A stretch of 64,000 nucleotides of DNA from Basidiobolus meristosporus CBS 931.73 (lineage: Eukaryota > Fungi > Basidiobolomycota). The stretch spans positions 1-64,000 of the forward strand of contig MCFE01000038.1 in NCBI GenBank assembly GCA_002104905.1, read 5' to 3'. The notes below the pieces were generated by a model. It did no database searches. It had not been told where the DNA came from and saw only the letters and a program-made list of their open reading frames with translations. Position 1 is the first letter of the stretch. Each line of letters starts with the position of its first letter. Shown one piece after another: positions 49,541-63,200 of this stretch. Both the position numbers and the translations under genes were made by a program.

Positions 49541-50909
49541 TACACAACTGAGAATGGGAAAGAATCGAATAAACAAAAGAACGAAACGGCAGTTTGTACA
49601 CCACAACCAGTTGTGCGCGTCAAACGGAAAACAGAGGAGCTCTATTTGCCAGGTATATACCGGAAAGAAAGGAATCCAACAACCAAGTGAGTTTACACCG
49701 CTGGCAACTGTTGAACAAAGGGAAGAGATTGGAGGAGAAATGAACAAAAGCACAAATGTTTGCAACGGCAAGGAAAAGCGGTGGGTGAAATAGCGTTGGG
49801 AAATATGGGCTATTTCCTAAATTAACTTTCAGTCATATTACTTCCATATATGCAATTAGGCTTATTATATATGATCCAAATAAATGTGAGATTATTGTAT
49901 CCTGGGCTTTCAAGATTGCCAAGCCAATGATGTGAGCCCTTTCTAACTGTACAAAAACGATGACGATCCGTAGTACCGGTTACTCTCCAGTGCTCATATC
50001 AAATAGCATTTGCTATAGGCATCAAGTTTAATAGATTATACAATATAGAACACCATGGATGTTTCAGTTGCTTCGTGTCTAGGCAGAGATTGACGCATAT
50101 CAAATAATATATAATAATAATAGCCTTGAGGTAGGGTACAGGATGCGTTGGTGTTCCACCGGGTACCCAGGCTGAGAAGGCTATGTGCAACCTACTGGTG
50201 CTTTCTGAAAACTCCATCGTGCATCTGCAAAGGGTTAGATTTCTATTATCACCCACTGCCAACTTCGGAAACTACAGGCCACATCGGCCAATCGACATGC
50301 TCTGAATAAATCCATGGCTACACGTCCATCGACTATTTAGGCACGGAGAGTTGTGAGAGAGCTGACGTCCAGTGGTTTCTGTCAAGCGCACAGATAGGAG
50401 CATATCCAGATCCCAGCGCGCAAAGAGCCTTCAGCTAAGCTCGACTCTGGACGAGTTTCCCGCAGTATGCAAGCTCATTGAGGTTGCTGTAGGAGTGAAT
50501 TAACGGGACAGACGGGTGCGTAGGGGTTGGTGGATGTGTGATATTAGAAGCACCCCTTTCCAGTATTGGCCCGTAGTACTGAAGGCTGCTCAGTCATCAA
50601 CCTTAAACCTTAATAGGCCAGAGCTGAAGAGTGACACAGAGATTGACATACATATACGATTGGTTTTGTTGCGACGTCCTTAATGTATCTATAATGGACC
50701 TTGCATCCTCGGCTACTCTATTTTACTGTATGGCCGCCACTTTATTCTGGTTTACTCGACAAAGATACGGAAATGTTGGTGCTTGAAACTACCATGCATT
50801 CTTTATTGCCCAGTCCGATTGAACACATCATCGATACATTCTGGCGTAGTGGGCACATGTTGATATTACCTAGTCACCCAACGAATGGTCTTCGGAAAGG
50901 CTTGCGGAA

Positions 50910-51570
50910 TTACGCCTTGGGAGGGGGAAGCACTTTGGCTATGAATCTAGCAAAGCCTATCCGCCACATCTGGCGAAGAAATGAGACATTGGTGAGCCGC
51001 TTCGTTTGTCCATAAGATCAACAAGATACTCACTTCCCAGGCATAGCCAACGATGCCATCACTCCTATATTTGAGGTTTAGCCGGAAGAGTAGATCCTCG
51101 TGGCGCTTTATTCTTCCCTCGGGCGTCAAATAGAGGTTGACAATGCTCTCGACAGGCAAGTCGTATTGTATAACCGGTATGGTGTAGATCTGGTGCAATA
51201 CCAGCCTCATAAACTCTGGCTCGCTAGCAAGAACCTTGTAGTCCTTGGTTACGGAAGACGAAAAGAGCTTATCCAGCCCTATGAACTGGGACTTGATCGC
51301 ATCGATCCCCCTGGCCTGACCAAATGGATCCTCAAATCTAGGAAAAGTTAGCCAAATCCATGCTCAATAAGCGGTGCAAAGCGGTCTAACACTGCATCTT
51401 CGGAGTATATCTTGAAGTTTTCCTCATTTGGCTGTTTTCCATAGATCTAAGCAGTCCCAAGTCAGCTTAGTGAGTACCTGGCTGGCTCAACTTCGAAATG
51501 TTACCTTGAACAGCGTATCTAGTAATTCTTGGCGACTGGGCGTGACCTCGATATCCTGACTTTCCGACAT
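50910..51570 (-). CDS. SnoaL-like/NTF2-fold protein, 4 exons, ~160 aa
   Basis: Spliced: MSESQDIEV...LFK|IYGKQPNEENFKIYSEDAV|FEDPFGQARGIDAIKSQFIGL...EGRIKRHED...YAWE|MWRIGFARFIAKVLPPPKA*. YxxDAxFEDP and GxIxxHxD are NTF2-like hallmarks. Confidence 0.85.
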
Positions 51571-52689
51571 CTTACTCCCAATAAAGATTGAAGTCTATGA
51601 ACGTGCTTAGATTTCATCAACTGAACGCATCCCATTTATAGTTATCTGCTGAACAACCATCCTCCCCGCTGACGTCAGCCGTCCACGACTTGCCAGATCG
51701 CCTTTTAGCCAAGCCACCTGAGTGTTCCACTTGAAAGCATAGCTCAAATCGACATGAGGATGAACGTGAATGATGTCTAAGTATGATATCAGCGTGTGTT
51801 GATGCTCTGACACAGCATATGGTCATTGAACAGCATCTAATGATGACCGAATGATCTAAATGAGAATCATACCTTCATAGAGTCATCCCAGATACGGGCT
51901 AATCTAAGTGGTTATTCCACGTTCGATGATTACTCTACAACAGCTACCCAAATTGTAAATACCCGAGCATATGTTGGCAATCGAGCGGTAAGCGCCGATG
52001 AACTTCATGGGTAGGTAGTCATCCGTCAGGCTGTACCCTTCGAAGTCCAAACATCGGTAAACACGGGATTGGAGTCTGTGAGATTGCTCACTTAGTCAGC
52101 GGCTCTAAGGAGTCTAACCTATCCACCACTCCCCCTTCTTTAAAGTCTGAATGCCCTCTAAGTAAGGAATATCGGAAGGTGTGGAGCTCCACTTGACATC
52201 AGAAAATATACTGCTGCTGTATTGATTTAACTACAGTTAGTTAGTATGAATATATCACATAACTTTGGCATCAACTTCCACTTCAGGACCACGAAGATCA
52301 GTATATATATCGGTGGTATCAATTGCCTATAGTTAAACCGTGACCAAGATTTCCAACTTGGTCAGATGGCTTCAAATGGTCACCAGATATCGCACCTGAG
52401 CAGTGAATTTAATGCTCATTTGGAATCGTGGTTTTCTTTATACTTCCAAATGGCAATACCATTGATGATTGGAAGCATTTGGAATTCTTGATGATGCGTA
52501 GTAAAATACGGATCTTACTGATATAGAATAACCCCAATCCCGACTCTGAATTGTTCTAGTAAGCTCACTTGCTAAATAATCCTTTTTACATGGTGGTCAG
52601 TTTATTGCCAGCGAGGTTCCCATTTTTTTGAATATTTGAGATAGGCTGGTAAGATGCCGGTCTGCGCCTTTTAACGTGTACAATATGCT

Positions 52690-53363
52690 CAGAAAGGCCC
52701 CCAAGCATGTGTGCAATGATTGGAGTCTTTAGGACAACTTTGAGAACACTATCGCTGTTGGTACCTTACAATTTGGTAAAAACATTAGAGGTAAACCTCT
52801 ACAAGAAATTTGGTAAAGAAGTAGTGACATTCATCAGCTGTAATAAGGGTAACAAGGTAATGGAATACTTGGATGTAAATATAAAGTATTCAGCACTCTC
52901 ATTTAGCTAGATATTCATTCTAACCTGACTGAAATATAAGATCCTCACTGCCATACCATGTTGATAACTTAGTGAATTTATCTGTAAAGACCTATGCCAA
53001 TGGACAGTAAGCTCAGTTAGCCAGGTTACTTTAAAGCTACCTTGATGACTGGGAGAACAACTAGATTAGGTGGTTTTCACTTAATGGTTTATTGAATGTA
53101 AAAATAGTATTTGTACTAACTCCTGGTCTTGGCAAAAAAACACAAAGAATATACTCAGAAAGGTCCCAAGAGCATGTGTGCAAGTTTTGGGGTTGTTTGG
53201 ACAACCTTGAGAAACTTCATCTTTGGGAATCTGATGGTTTAGTGAATTTATTTTAAGTAAGTCCCAACAAAGAATTGGGTCAGAGCACTCTTAGATGTGT
53301 AGTCCATGATCTAAGTGACTAGGCTGGGTGAATGCTCAGGTGTAATTACAAAGTTTGCAATAC
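52690..53363 (-). mobile_element. Two family-B copia LTR remnants with a short 3' internal fragment between them
   Basis: AAAGG(T/C)CCCAAG(A)GCATGTGTGCAA recurs at ~52693, ~53160 and ~58105. The first remnant ends in a PPT-like CTCTCATTTAGC, comparable to CTCCCACTCAGC at 58306. Confidence 0.7.
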
Positions 53364-53749
53364 ATTTGAGGCACTAAGCTGGCTAATCATCAAATTTCCT
53401 TATGTGGACCAGACTTTACAGTGTGGAAGTGGCCATATAGTGAACTTCTAATGACTTTGTGACAGCCTCATGGTTGTAAGCTACTTCTCCTGTATAATGC
53501 CACCTTGCTGATTTACAAAGGGATAATAAACTTTTCAACCGCTCCTTGTAACATTCTGAGATATCATGCCTTTTGATTATTCTACTATATAGTATTTTAT
53601 TGAATCCACATTATTTTGAATCAAGAGAAACTATTGCTTTCCTATGATTAATAATTTGATCTAATGAACGGAGCTGATCTGGATCTACCAGCAGGATCTT
53701 AAAATAAGGATGTTATAATACCAACAGCTTAGAGTTCTCACCTGCTCAA

Positions 53750-54600
53750 CAAGGTTATGGAAGGAACATTTTATGTGCTTGCTCTCTAGACTGCCTAATA
53801 TAGTAATAGGCTTGACTATGGGCTGATGGTCTTCTGACATAATTCCAAAGGCATTGTAATAGTCCTATTGAGGCCTGCACTTATTAGGCAGGGTCTAACT
53901 GGCCACATTATATTAGAAACATATACAGCTTGCAGCTTATGTGTGGCAGCCACCACTTTAGTCATTATTGCCTCTGAATATTGACAAAATACTGCTTAGT
54001 ACTTAGACAATATGCTCCTCTCCTTACTGGATTCTAGTCCTTCATATAGGTGCACTTCACTCTTTCTTATGTGAAACCAAAGTGAAAGGTGTAGAAATTG
54101 GCTTGTACCCTAATAAAACCTGCCATACTCTGGTACAGCTGTCCTAACAAAGATAGTGACCTGTTGTGTCCAAGCCAACTTTACCTTACTTGAGTTAATA
54201 CCCTAACACTGGGGTGGCTTAGCATCCAAAAACTATATACATAGGTGTCCTTATTACCACATCCATGCTCATTGTTTAGCAACTCTTCCACATGGTTCTC
54301 CATTTGCTAGCTCATCATACCAATAATGCACCTCAAGGTTATATTCTTGATGAGAATTGGATATGAAGTACTTGTAACTTGAATCTTCTTGCAATCTCCC
54401 CATGCACTATTCAATAGGAAACCTAAAAAATGTAAAGGACAATTGGATGTACTACACACCAAGCAAGATGGGGCAGATAATGGGTACAGCTGCAGCAGAT
54501 AAGTATATGCACTTAGCTTTATACTTGTAGTAAACCTACTGAAATCCTGCTACAAACTACTTGCCCCTATGAAGATTAATTTGGCACCATGAGTGAATCC
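53750..54600 (-). pseudogene. C-terminal fragment of another CMC transposase copy
   Basis: The minus strand reads VYYKYKAKCIYL..CCSCTHYLPHLAWCV..FPIE*CMG, homologous to 34653-34850. Confidence 0.7.
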
Positions 54601-55226
54601 AATCAAGGCCAGCCCTTAGAATCCCACCATGGGGCTATCATAAAACCAGCAGCATGAACTTTTAACTTGCTTATCAGTGCATTTTCTTGAGCACTGCTCT
54701 TGAAAAAGTGGTGCAACCTCTTGGTGTGCCTATTAATGTACAAAGTTCCATTGAATGCATTGTCATAGTCTTGCAAGTTCTTGATGTTGTAGCCTTGTCT
54801 GTCAATGGGATCTCCACTCTGTCAACAATGGAGGACATGGAGGCTGTGGTAGACAAATTGCTTTTTTCTGCAAACTCATCTACCTTGCTGGAGTGTAGCT
54901 CAATTGGTTGCACTTCCAACTCTTGTGAAAACAGCTGTTTTCTTGTTGGTAACTCTTCTTGGCTATGATGGGATTCAGTCTGTTCCAGGCTTGCAGAAAT
55001 TAATTGGCAAGAAACACAGTTTTTTTTGCATGCTTCCCTGTCTCAGGCCTGGGTGGACATTTTCCCTTTACCTTTTCCTTTATCACTTCCAGGTCTTTCA
55101 CTGCTACATTGTCTGACTACTTCTTGTAATGAACTTCATTTTCTCCTTGATAAGTTCTGCTCTGACACATCTGTTTTGGCCTGCTTGTCCCTTACTGGCA
55201 CTCTTCTGGCAACCTGACATTGCTTT

Positions 55227-55391
55227 TGTTGAAATATTGGACTATTTGGTATCATTCAGCAGCTAAATATTTACTTGACAATTCTAGACTATTGTTGGTC
55301 TCTGTTGGACTAATTTGCAGCCCTAACTTTGTCAGTTTCTTTGAGTCTATGATCCTATGATTACTTCACTTTAGTCAAAATCAATTCAACA
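55227..55391. mobile_element. Short LTR-like element, family C (165 bp)
   Basis: Perfect 7-bp inverted termini TGTTGAA...TTCAACA. A second copy starts at 63852. Confidence 0.7.
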
Positions 55392-56087
55392 CTTAACCAA
55401 ACATTTTGTACTAATGCTGAAACTGTTACAGAATGCTCCTGAATGTTGAGAAACCCTCCTTACTTGGTGTAACAGCTGCATTACTTTTACAAAGGAGCAG
55501 ATACTGGGCCTTGTTATAAATAAACAACAGTTCAACTATTATCACTATTTCTTAATAAGTTCCTTATATCCAAATAACTTCTTAAATTGCAGCAGCTTTT
55601 CCACTTGTTTCAAGCTCTCAACTGTAGTTGTGACAGGCACCTGTAAAAGCCACTGGTTTTATCACTACCAGGTCCTACACTGCTACTTTGACTGAGTGGT
55701 ACTTGAGTGGTACTACACTTTTTCCTTGATAAATATTGTTCTGGTACATCTATGTCTGCCTGCTTGTCCCTAATTGGCACTCCTCCAGCTACCTGACATC
55801 TCTTTGTTGCTTGTCTGGAGCTTTTGGCTGCACTTGTAATAGGCTCTTGAGGAAGCTGCTGGCTTTTAGCCATGGCAGCCTTGTTCTTCTGCCTTTGATA
55901 GTACCTGCTATTCTTATGATACTTTTGTAGCATACCAATGCTGGCCCAAAATCCATTTGCCTGTTTGAATCCAGGATGATGCTCACAGAACAAGTCAAGT
56001 GTATTCTGCTTGGCCTTGAGTTCCTGATGGTCCCATGGTATGCCAGCCTTGAGGTGATGGCATACTAGACTTCTGACAGCCACTTGT

Positions 56088-56730
56088 ATATTAGCCCACT
56101 CTTCATTATTGCACTCAACAGCTTCACAGATCTTCAATGTCTTTTGATTTTTAGGCTTGGGTATAAACACCACATTGTCCCCCTCCCACACTTTGATAGG
56201 TTTTCTGTGGGCTTTGTCTTTGGGCACTGTTGTTGTGCTTCAAAGACTGTACAGTGTTCCTCTGCTGTTACATTGGGAAATGGCTCAACTCTTGGCTGTG
56301 ACATTGGGCTTCTTAAGTTCCTTCTTTGCAGCAAAGATACTGCTTTCTCTACCTGAGATATTGATTGCTCTACACATATTATCTGCTCATTGTGTTTCTG
56401 GACTCTTGAATATTAGCCCACTCTTCATTATTGATTTCAACAGCATCATGTATTTTAAATATCTTTTGATTTTTAGGCTTGGGTGTAAACACTACATTGT
56501 CTCCCTTTCACACTGTGATAGGTTTTCTGGTGGGCTTTATCTTGGGGTGCTGATGTTGTGCTTCAAAGACTGTATGGTGCTCCTCTGCTGTTATTGCAGG
56601 AAATGGCTCAATTCTTGGCTGTGACATTGAGCTACTTGAGTTCCTTCTTTGCAGCAAAGATACTGTTTTCTCTACTTGGGATATTGATTGCACTACACAT
56701 ATTATCCACTCATCCTGTTTCTGGACTATT
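56088..56730. repeat. ~322-bp tandem duplication inside the CMC accessory ORF
   Basis: ATATTAGCCCACTCTTCATTATTG starts at 56088 and again at 56410. The two units translate to near-identical QSISQVEK..SLLQRRN..MSQPR.EPFP peptides. Confidence 0.9.
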
Positions 56731-57960
56731 TCCCGGCTTCTCTGGGCCATTGCATCTATCCTATCAACCACTGCTCCTAATTGCTTCATTAATGCATTAG
56801 TATGAGCTGACAACATACTTGCTAATAAGAGAGGTAGTGATATTATGACAGCCACTTGCTGGTCTTCAATGAGGGTACTCCAATTGCTACATTCTCATCT
56901 ACCTTAGCATAACAGTCAGTGTGCAGCTCCACAGAGGTTCTCAACTGCCTACTTGACTGAGAGCCTGAGGAGTCCGTATTATTACCTTCCATGGGCATAC
57001 TGTCAACATGGTCTTTTTTAGATGTAGCCCTGCTTGTTGCACTGAATGTAAAAGCAAGCTGTTGTCATTATGTTCTTCTGCTGCCATCAGCAGTGGGATT
57101 TGGTTGAGAACCAGATGACTTTGCTTTATCTTTTGGCAGCATATATATGGAAGTAAGTCACACCAAAGGGGAAATAGTGTTACATATGCATATGTATGTG
57201 GTGCCACAGCTTTGCTTATAATGCTTACTATGGCAGGTTATCATTGAATCTTAAATTTATGTAGGTGCAACATTGTAAATACAAGATTGTCTTAAACTCA
57301 CATGAGCATTGACCAAAAAGGGATATAATAGAGTTACATTGTTGAAGGTCAAGCTGTTTGCCGCATGCACAAGACTACTTTGATTCAATGCCATAAGAGA
57401 AGAGAAAAAAGACCATGTGGCTATTGTAGCAAATTTCTCAGTCATGAAGCATGCAGACAGCATAGGAAGTATTACAAGGATCACAGCCAGTGTTTTGCCA
57501 CACAAGTTATGTTTGACTGTTCATCTGTCACTACTGTACCAACATTACTTTGCAGGCCAGCTGATACCTCTATATTGGTGCCTGGCTGACTTTGTCACCT
57601 TGCGCAAACTGAGTCAGGTGAGTTTGTGATGTCTTCAGGATCCCCTCAGCCCTTTAAATATGGCACTCAGAGTGATAGCTCTAACAAAGAAGGCTCACAG
57701 ATGGATTGTGAGCCTATTTCCCATAACAACAGTACTACACATGAGCCTGGTAGAATCCCAATGTGGAATGAGACAACACCCATTGAAACAATTGCCAACA
57801 ATACTTTATGGTGCCAAGTGAGCCCATTAATCCATCTACTGGTGAATAATGTAATGTTATGGCTAGAAAAGTGGCACATTTCCACTAATAAAAGTAATGT
57901 GTGCTTTGAGGATTTGTTACTACTACTTGCCAAAATTATTCTGGGATGCAACTTAGTATG

Positions 57961-60297
57961 TGTTGTAAGAGGCTTTGAGATATTGGAAGTGATTGGGAGG
58001 ACAAGTAGACTATGTGGTTTTCACTTAATGATTTATTGAGTGTAAAAGTAGTATTTATACTTTTACATGGTATTGGCAAACAAGCATGTAGAATAGGTTA
58101 ACAAAGGTCCCAAAAACATGTGTGCAAAGTATGGGGCTGTTTGAATAACTGAGAATTTTCATGTTCTGGGTACCTGGTATTTGGGTGAAAATATTCCAAG
58201 TAAATCCTGATAAGGAATTTGGTCAGTATTCTATAGGATATGTAGGTAATGATGTAAGTGACTAAGTCAGGTGAGTATTTAAGTGGAATTACAGTTTTTA
58301 TAACACTCCCACTCAGCTAAATGTTCATACTGACTAGTCCTAATTTTGACCTAAGATATTCAAACTTGTCTCTAGCCAATGGTTTAGTAAATATGTCTGC
58401 AATCATATCATCTGAGGGATAGTAAGCTAAGCTAACTAAGTTATTCTCTATAGCTTCACTTATGATATGATGTCAAATATCTAGGTGCTTAATCCTAGCA
58501 TGAAAAGTTGGATTTCTACCTAGTTGTATACATCCTTGATTATCTTGAAATAAGGTAATAGGCATTTTTTGACATATGCCTAAATCTGTAAAAAGCTTTC
58601 TTAACCACATTGCTTCTTTTGTAGCTTCACAGGCTGCCATATACTCTGCCTCTGTGGTAGAAAGTGCTACAGTTGGTTGCTTTCTTGAATTCCATCAAAT
58701 TGCTCCCTTGCAGTAAAGAAAGGTGCATCCTGTGGTGGATCTTCTGTCTTCCAAATTTTATCCCCAATCAGTATCAGAGTATCCCACAAGATCCAGTTTT
58801 AAATTCTTCTAAGTGTATCTTAAGCAGATATCAGCAGTTTCTTTAAGGTATTTTAAAATCCATGTAACTGCTACCATATGATTGGATCCATAGTTCTAAT
58901 TATGTTGGCTGACAACTCACACTGAATATGAGATATCTGGACATGTTCCAAGCATGCTATGCATGAAACTGCCAACCATAGATTGATAAAGAAAGTCAGG
59001 GCTTTCAGATGATACCAAGCTCTCTTGATTTGGTTGAGCTTTGACCAAGTTAAGGTTTGTATCCATTGCGGTAGCTGCTGGTTTACAGTCTTCCATTTGG
59101 TACTTCTTTAGTATCTCTTCAATATACTTGGATTGACTTAGGGTAATAATCTGGGTACATCTGTCTATGGAAAACTTAATCCCTAAATAGTAACTGAGTT
59201 CTCCTGGATCAGATATCTTGAACTCCTTAGATAGGCTGTATTTAGTCTCTTCCAGTGTTGCTAGATTATTGGCAGCTATAATAAGATCATCCACATATAG
59301 AGCTAATAGAACTAGATCTGCCCTGTCTGACTTATAGTATATAATATAGTCAGCATTACTCCTTTTGAAGCTCAGAGATTTGAAACAAGAATCTATCTTG
59401 CAATTCCAGGCTCTTGGTGACTGTTTGAGATCATATAGAGACTTTTTAAGCTTGCAGACAAAATAGGGGTTATCTAGGTCAGCAAACCTTTCAGGCTGGT
59501 TCATATACACCTTGTCATCAAGTTCTCCATTCAAAAAGGCAGTCATTACATCCCTTTGATAAACTAAAAACTTATATCTGGCTGCAATAGCCAATGTTAA
59601 TCTGATGGAATTAAACTTGGCTACCAGTGCAAAGGTCTCAGTAAAGTCAAGTCTTTTTATTTGAGAGTATCCTTTGGCCACAAGTCTTGTTTTGTATCTT
59701 TCAGTTGAACCATCAGCATTACATATTTTCTTAAAGTCCATCTGCATCCAATTAATTTTTGGTTGATTGGTAATTTGACCCAGTCCCAAGTTTGATTTTC
59801 CATCAGGGCCTGATATTCCTCAGTCATTGCAGATCTCCAAAGCTTTGTCTGAGGGCTACTTAGGGCCTCTTTTACAGTCTGGGGCTCATCAATGTGGACT
59901 GAATAGGCATATGCCAGGTATGTACCCTCATTGATATAGTAATTTGGGCTATTGCTTGACTGGTTGGATCTCCAGGCATTTGGTACTGGAATGATCACTT
60001 TTGGGATATTCCTGGGCACTGTTTCAAGCTGAACCATGATTGAAGAGTCCTCTTGAGAGAAGAAATTCCCATTGTTTTGCTCTGATTCAAACCTGATCAT
60101 TGGTAGACTTGAGATCAAATTTTTGTCATTATCTGATGTCATTTTTTGTGAATATTTTGAATTTTTATCAAACAACACATTGCTGGACTTGATTAACTTT
60201 TTTGCTTTTGCATTGTACAGTCTCTATGCTTCACTCTCATTGCAGTAGCTCAAAAATATGCATTTTACACTTTTTGGCTCAAATTTTGACTAATTGC
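57961..60297 (-). mobile_element. 3' half of a Ty1/copia element: IN C-terminus, RT, RNase H, PPT, 3' LTR (57961-58305)
   Basis: KFEPKSVKCIFLSY, WRSAMTEEYQALMENQTWD, RYKTRLVAKGYSQ, DVMTAFLNG, LKKSLYDLKQSPRAW, LYVDDL, RRSTTG, ALSTTEAEY, MIADIFTKPL. PPT GAGTGGGAG. LTR termini TGTTATAA/TGTTGTAA. Confidence 0.95.
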
Positions 60298-63200
60298 TCA
60301 GTGACTCCATTAGTTCTAGGATGATATGCCAAGGCTTTCAAGTGTCTGATGTGCTGCATTTCCAGGTAAGCTTCCAATGCCTTTGCCATGAGGTTTGCTC
60401 CTCCATCAGATAGAATCTCTACAGGGCATCCAAGCTTCATAAGGATCTCATGGTAGATGAAACTTGGAACTTCTTACTCACTGGCCACAGGTACTGCTAT
60501 AGCCACTAGCCATTTGGTGGCATGATTAATTGCTACTAGGATATAATGGTTGCATTTCCTGGTAGTTGGCAGTTTTCCAACAAAGTCAATTTGCCATCTT
60601 TCAAACGGTCTTATAGGCTTTAAGGGAAAGAGTTCAGTAATTCTCTGTGGTTGGCCTTGGTTGATTGGACAACTTGGACATGTTTTCACTAGTTTCTTAA
60701 TGTCTTGTTTCATTCTGGGCCACCATGCTCTGGCTTTCAAAAGGCTTTAGGATCCTTCAATTCCAAGATGTCCATACCCATTGTGTAGCTTATGTATTAA
60801 ATCAAGGTAAGCAACATAAGGGCAATAGGCAATATGGCTTCTATCCACAATTTGCTAGAGTGTTTCATCCTGTACCACAAATTTGCTGGCTTCATCCCAG
60901 ATTATCTTCTTGATCTCTTTGTCCACCTCATTAGGAATGGCTTGGTCCTCCAAGTACTGTGGTAATAGTCTAGCCCAATCTGATTCATGCACCAAGTTGA
61001 GTTGTGCAACTTGATCTAATCTTGATAAGGCATCAGCAACCGTGTTGTTTTTTCCAGGGCAGTAGAAAATCTCCAGGTCAAATTGCTGAATGTATTCACT
61101 CCATCTTGTCATTCTTCTAGAGAGTACCTTCTGAGTAAATATACTTGAGGGATGCATGATCAGTCTTCAAGGTGCATATGACTGCTTCAATATAGCATCT
61201 CCATGTCTTCAAGAAGTGTATTATAGCAAGCAACTCCTTCTCATGCACTGGATAGTTTTGTTCTGCTGAGTTCAGCTTCTTTGATTTAAAGGCAGCTGGG
61301 TAGTCCTTCCCCTTGTGTTGTTGGCTCAACACTCCACCAATTGCATAATCTGAAGCATCTGTGCACAGAGTAAACTCCTTTCTGAAATCAGGTATTATCA
61401 AGCTTTGCAGCTTAGCAAGTTCATTCTTGAGCATCTGAAAGGCAATCTCACAAGCTATGTCCTACTAATTGGTATTGTCTTTCTAGAGGATATCAGTTAA
61501 AGGGGCTGCAATACTGGCAAAGGACTTGACAAATCTCCAGTAATAGGAAACTATTCCAAGGAATGATCTGAGTTCTGATATGCTTAGGGATACTTCAGAT
61601 TCTTGATAACTTCAACCTTTGTAGGGTCTAAGGTCACTCCTCAGCTAGTCACCATGTGTCCCAGATATGCAATGTGTTCCTTGAAGAATTCACACTTAGC
61701 TAGCTTGCCATATAGTTTGTTCTCTTTTAGCTTCTTCAAGACCTTTTCAATGTGCACCACATGGTCCTCTTCTGTCTTGCTGTATATCAATATGTCATCT
61801 AGGTAAATTATCACAAACCTATCTAAGTACTCCTGAAAGACAGTCTGCATCAGGGTAACAAATGTTGAGGGGCATTGGTGAGGCTAAAACTCATGACTAA
61901 GTACTTATAATATCCATATCTGGTCCTGAATGCTGTCCTAGAGATGTCTTCTGGCTTCACCCTAATCTGGTTGTATCCTCACATGAGGTCAATCATGCCA
62001 AATATAGTGGCTCCATTGAGCTGGTCCAAAAGCTCATCAATTAAAGGTATGGGGTACTTATTCTTCACAACATCTGAGTTGAGGGCTCTGTAGTCAATGC
62101 ACATCCTATGTGTTCCATCCTTCTTCTACACAAAGAGTACTGGTGCTCCCCAAGGTGACTTGCTGGGTCTGATATATCCTTGCTCCAATAACTGATCTAT
62201 TTGATTCTTCCTCTCTTCCAGTTCCAATGAACTCATTCTATAGGTTGTCTTACTCACTGGAGGGCTATCTCCTGTGTCAATGTAATGATTCACATCTCTG
62301 ACTGGTGGTAGGCTTACAAGTGCATCTGGAAATACATTTGAATATTGCTGCAAAAGCATATGGACCTTCTGGGGTACTGGAGTGGAGGAATCCTCCTGTA
62401 ATACTGCCATGAGGAACATCTGGGTGCCTTTTCTAAGTGCTCTACAGAGCTGTATCTTGCTTAGCTCACTTGTTTCACACACTGGTATTGACCAAGTTCA
62501 AACCCAGTCTGGCAAGTAATAGCTCATAGGTCTTGTTGTCCTTCTGAATGTGAGTAGCATGGGTTCTCCAGTTGATTGATGGATTACAACAAAATAGCCA
62601 GGTCTTTCCTAGTACAAGGTCAAACTTGCAGTTCCCAAATATATAGGCCTGTAGGTCTTCTTCATAGTCATTGATCTTCATCCTCACTGGCTGAGTAATA
62701 TGATTGATTAAATGAGAGTACCCATCAGCTGTTGAGACTGAAGTTGATTCAGTGGGTACCAATTTGATTCCAGCTTTTGAAGCAAATTGCTCTGGCATGT
62801 ACTCATGCAATGCTCCTGAGTCAATCATGATCTTGGCAGGTACTCCATTAATTACTCAATTCAAATATAATAGCTTTCCTCAGCTTAAGGTCATCTGGGA
62901 TAGGTTTTCTTCTGTCATATAGTAGGTGAGTTCTGAGTCTTCTTCAAGTTCATCTGCCACATTACTATGCTAAAGGACTTCAATTTGGTTGAAGGTTCTT
63001 CATGGCTTGTGTTCATTTCTTCTCTGAGGGCAGTACTTTGCAAAATATCCCTACTGGTGGCAATTGAAGCAAAGTCCTTTCTTCTTACATTCTTCTGAGG
63101 TAGGATTCTTCTGCAAAGCATCTATTTCCATTGGCACTGCTTCTGATTGTCTTCTTTCATAATGATTGTAGCCTCTGTATTAGGAATTGTGGGCTTCCCA

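Larger units (their letters stand above)
54660..57960 (-). mobile_element. CMC element copies: accessory ORF(s) on - strand, spacer, and transposase 5' end on + strand, cut by copia at 57961
   Basis: 56500-57960 is collinear with 31580-33010. The accessory ORF at 55610-56227 contains IPWDHQ...HPGFKQANGFWASIGMLQKY. 55130-55226 duplicates 55720-55810. Confidence 0.85.

Noticed and set aside
55245-55260. TGGTATCA as a tRNA-Met primer-binding site (also at 36548 and 63870)
   Set aside because: It lies inside or overlaps LTR starts instead of following an LTR end, and the match stops after 8 nt.
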